64,000 bases of DNA from the NCBI RefSeq assembly GCF_009914755.1, contig NC_060928.1; one strand, given 5' to 3'. The DNA comes from the human T2T-CHM13v2.0 reference genome, Homo sapiens. Each line of letters opens with the position of its first letter. Position 1 is the stretch's first letter. The position numbers and the translations under genes were made by a program. Under the pieces are notes generated by a model. It was given only the letters and a program-made list of their open reading frames with translations. It was not told where the DNA came from and did no database searches. Positions 59,360-64,000 of this stretch are shown in pieces.

Positions 59360-60135
59360 TCGATTTCTTAATGGGCTCCTTGGTTTGATCTTTGCCCCTT
59401 TAGAGGCAGCAAAAGTGATTTTGTTAAAATACAAGCCAAATGATGGCATTCCTTCTCAAAAACTCTTCAGTGATGCACCATCTTACTGAGAGTAAAGATC
59501 AACATCTCTAAAATGCCCTACATTGCTACCTCTCTGATTCCATCTCTTACCACCTTTCCCTTCCTCTTTCCACTCTAGCCAGATGGCCTCCTTGTTCCTG
59601 GAAAACTCCCAGCACACCTCAGCCTCAGGGCCTTCACACTTACCATTTCTTCTATCTGGAATGCTCTTTCCCCAGGTATCTAAAAGCCGTCCATCAGGTG
59701 ATCAGCTGTCTATTTAAAAGAGGCCTTCCCTGAACAACCTAAATGAAATAAAACACTCCCCTACACACACATACACACACACACACACACACAGCAATTC
59801 CTACCATCCTCTTCGTGTGCCTTATTTCCTCCATAGTACTTATCACCAACTGACATTATACATTTGTCCATCCCTTTCTATATCTTTTGTAGAGATGGAG
59901 TTTTACCATGTTGTGCAGGCTGGTCTCAAACTCCTGGGCTTGAGCAATCCACCCACCTCGGCTTCCAAAAGTGCTGGGATTACAGGCTTGAGCCACCATG
60001 ACTGGCCTGTCCATCTTTTGTCTTCCCCCACTGAAAAGCTCTTCGAAGGGCAAGCACTTTGTTTTGCTTAGATAGTATCTCCAGTGCTGAGAATAGTTCA
60101 TGACAATTGGTGTGCTCCAGTAAAAATCTATTGAT
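59360..60135 (+). mobile_element. L2 3' fragment interrupted by (CA)n (59762-59792) and an antisense Alu left monomer (~59885-60007)
   Basis: L2 motifs ccactctagccagatggcctcc, tctggaatgctctttcccc, tatctccagtgc. Confidence 0.75.
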
Positions 60136-60377
60136 GAAGAGTCTATTCAGTGAAATTACCAGACAGCTATTAAAAAGGATGAGGCTGATGGATACTCACT
60201 GGCGTGGCGAGATTCTCAAAATACATTGGTAGGTTAAAAGAGCAGGTTAATTAACCAAAAGTAGAGTGTGATGCCATTTATGGGGGAGCAGGAGGGAAAT
60301 TATGTAAACATAAGAAATCCGAAAGGATATATCACACTTTTAATACAAGTAACTCCAAGAGGTAGAAAGGCAAAAGG

Positions 60378-60414
60378 GTGTGTGTGTGTGTGTGTGTGCG
60401 CGTGTGTGCATGTG
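60378..60414. repeat. (TG)n microsatellite
   Basis: Direct inspection. A degenerate (TG/TA)n tract also lies at ~39788-39850. Confidence 0.9.
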
Positions 60415-60604
60415 TACACTTTATGTATCAATAGCCTTAGAGGTGTACCAGTTCTTTTTGGTATATTTATCCTACTGAAATAATCAAAGATGTATATATC
60501 CCACTATGGTTTATAATAGCAAAAAAACTGTAAGGAGGGTCAATAACTGGCTATTGGTTAAACTTTGAAATATTTTTAAACAATCGACTAGATTTTTTTA
60601 AATT

Positions 60605-60830
60605 CAAGTGTCAGGAAATAAAAGCCTGCAGGCTAAGCACAGCTGCTGCCTTTTTTCTTAAAGCAAATTTTATTGGAAATAGCCATACCCATTTATTTAC
60701 TTATTGTCAGTGGCTGCTTTCCTGCTCCCACGGCAAGCAGAGTTACACAGTTGTGACAGAGACCATATGGCACACAAAATCTGAAATATTTACTATTTGG
60801 TCCTTTTCAGGCAAAGACTGCTGATCCCGG
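60605..60830. mobile_element. MER58-like hAT fossil
   Basis: ttattggaaatagcca...gttgtgacagagaccatatgg...aaatatttactatttggtcctttt. Confidence 0.75.
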
Positions 60831-60849
60831 GGCTAGAATATAGTAACTA

Positions 60850-61161
<312 letters not shown>

Positions 61162-61174
61162 TTTTTTAAAAATG

Positions 61175-62558
<1,384 letters not shown>

Positions 62559-63000
62559 GATTTGTGGGAGAACAACATGGAAAATGTTAATGATATCTTT
62601 TCATTCATATATTTATAAATATGTGAATATTATAAATAGGAATATTTATAAAGTTTAGAAATACATAAGACTAGAAGAATATATACATAAATGTTATAAA
62701 TGATTACCTCTGAGTGGTAAGAATAAAAAGGTGATAGTTGGCTCCTTTATAGTTTCCTGCATTTTCAAATTTTCTATGAAAACTGTATTACTCTTTTAAA
62801 AAGCAGAATAAAATATTGGCTTTGAAATATCTGGTTTGCAATGAGTATGTTCTTACCTAAAAGAAGAAGTAAGTAACCTTTCAATGTCCTTTCTTTCTAA
62901 AACTTCATTCTCAGTGAGGTTTAGAAATAAGACTTCATTATTAGGCAGAGGGCCAAGCACAGTTACCTAAACCAGGAGGTAACAATCTTGTGTTAGTTTT

Positions 63001-63359
<359 letters not shown>

Positions 63360-64000
63360 TAAATATAATTTATTCTTTCAGATTTTATTGACTAAGCATG
63401 CTGTTAATCAGAGGCCAAAGTCAAAGTCCTAAGAATCCACTTAAGAAGAATGTTAGAGACCAGAGGAATCTAAGAGTCCTTGTGTTATAACTCTCTCTTT
63501 TGACCAGATGAAGAAAACAAATCAGAAATGTTAACAGCATAGCCTGGCCAACCCAGTTAGATTTGGACAGAGGTCCCCATGTGGTTTCCACGATGATTTC
63601 TGCATAGTAAATGGAAGTAAATGAGGAAGAAATAAGGAACAGAGAATTCAGCAACGCTTTGGCGTACACAAAAATAAAATGTCAGGAATCAGTAACAATT
63701 GTGGCCAGGCTAACTAAAGTGACTAACTGTTCCTGTGGGTACCCACCTCACAATAGATTCATCTCATAAATTAAACCTGCTAAGTCTTCTTACTTCACCA
63801 TGTCTTTTTCGCCAAGATACTGGCTTTTTTAAAAAAATTGTTTTACTGAGGTATAATTTACCTATAGTGAAATGCACAGTTAAGTTTTGACAAGTGCATA
63901 CATCCAAGTAACCAACACTTCAGTCAAGATATAGAACATTTCTACCACCCTAGAAAAAATTTTCAATTTCCCTTTCCAAACAATCCACCCTGTTCTAATG

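Overview
Primate (almost certainly human) genomic DNA, AT-rich and repeat-dense, containing the complete coding region of sphingomyelin synthase 2 (SGMS2) on the + strand. Five GT-AG coding exons (31840-32294, 35861-35978, 39519-39672, 44851-45017, 46636-46839) splice to 1098 nt = 365 aa with an intact H229/H272/D276 triad. There is a long 3'UTR to ~51320, an upstream non-coding exon (29516-29668) and a candidate TATA-driven alternative first exon (~30690-30764). The rest is intron or intergenic DNA filled with Alus, L1, L2, MIR, LTRs, DNA-transposon fossils and a retroposed U6 pseudogene. I see no prokaryotic-type system and no second protein-coding gene; nearly all listed short ORFs are repeat-derived or random. 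Most interesting observations: (1) a MER4-group provirus split by a ~2.7-kb inversion, supported by a matching 4-bp TSD at two oppositely oriented LTRs; (2) an Alu-Alu-L1 composite bracketed by a single 12-bp direct repeat, possibly a chimeric retroposition; (3) a 48-codon exon-spanning uORF in the SGMS2 leader that the unspliced ORF track cannot show, with promoter-dependent uORF load; (4) a small template-switch scar. Repeat subfamily names come from my memory of consensus sequences and need RepeatMasker/Dfam confirmation.
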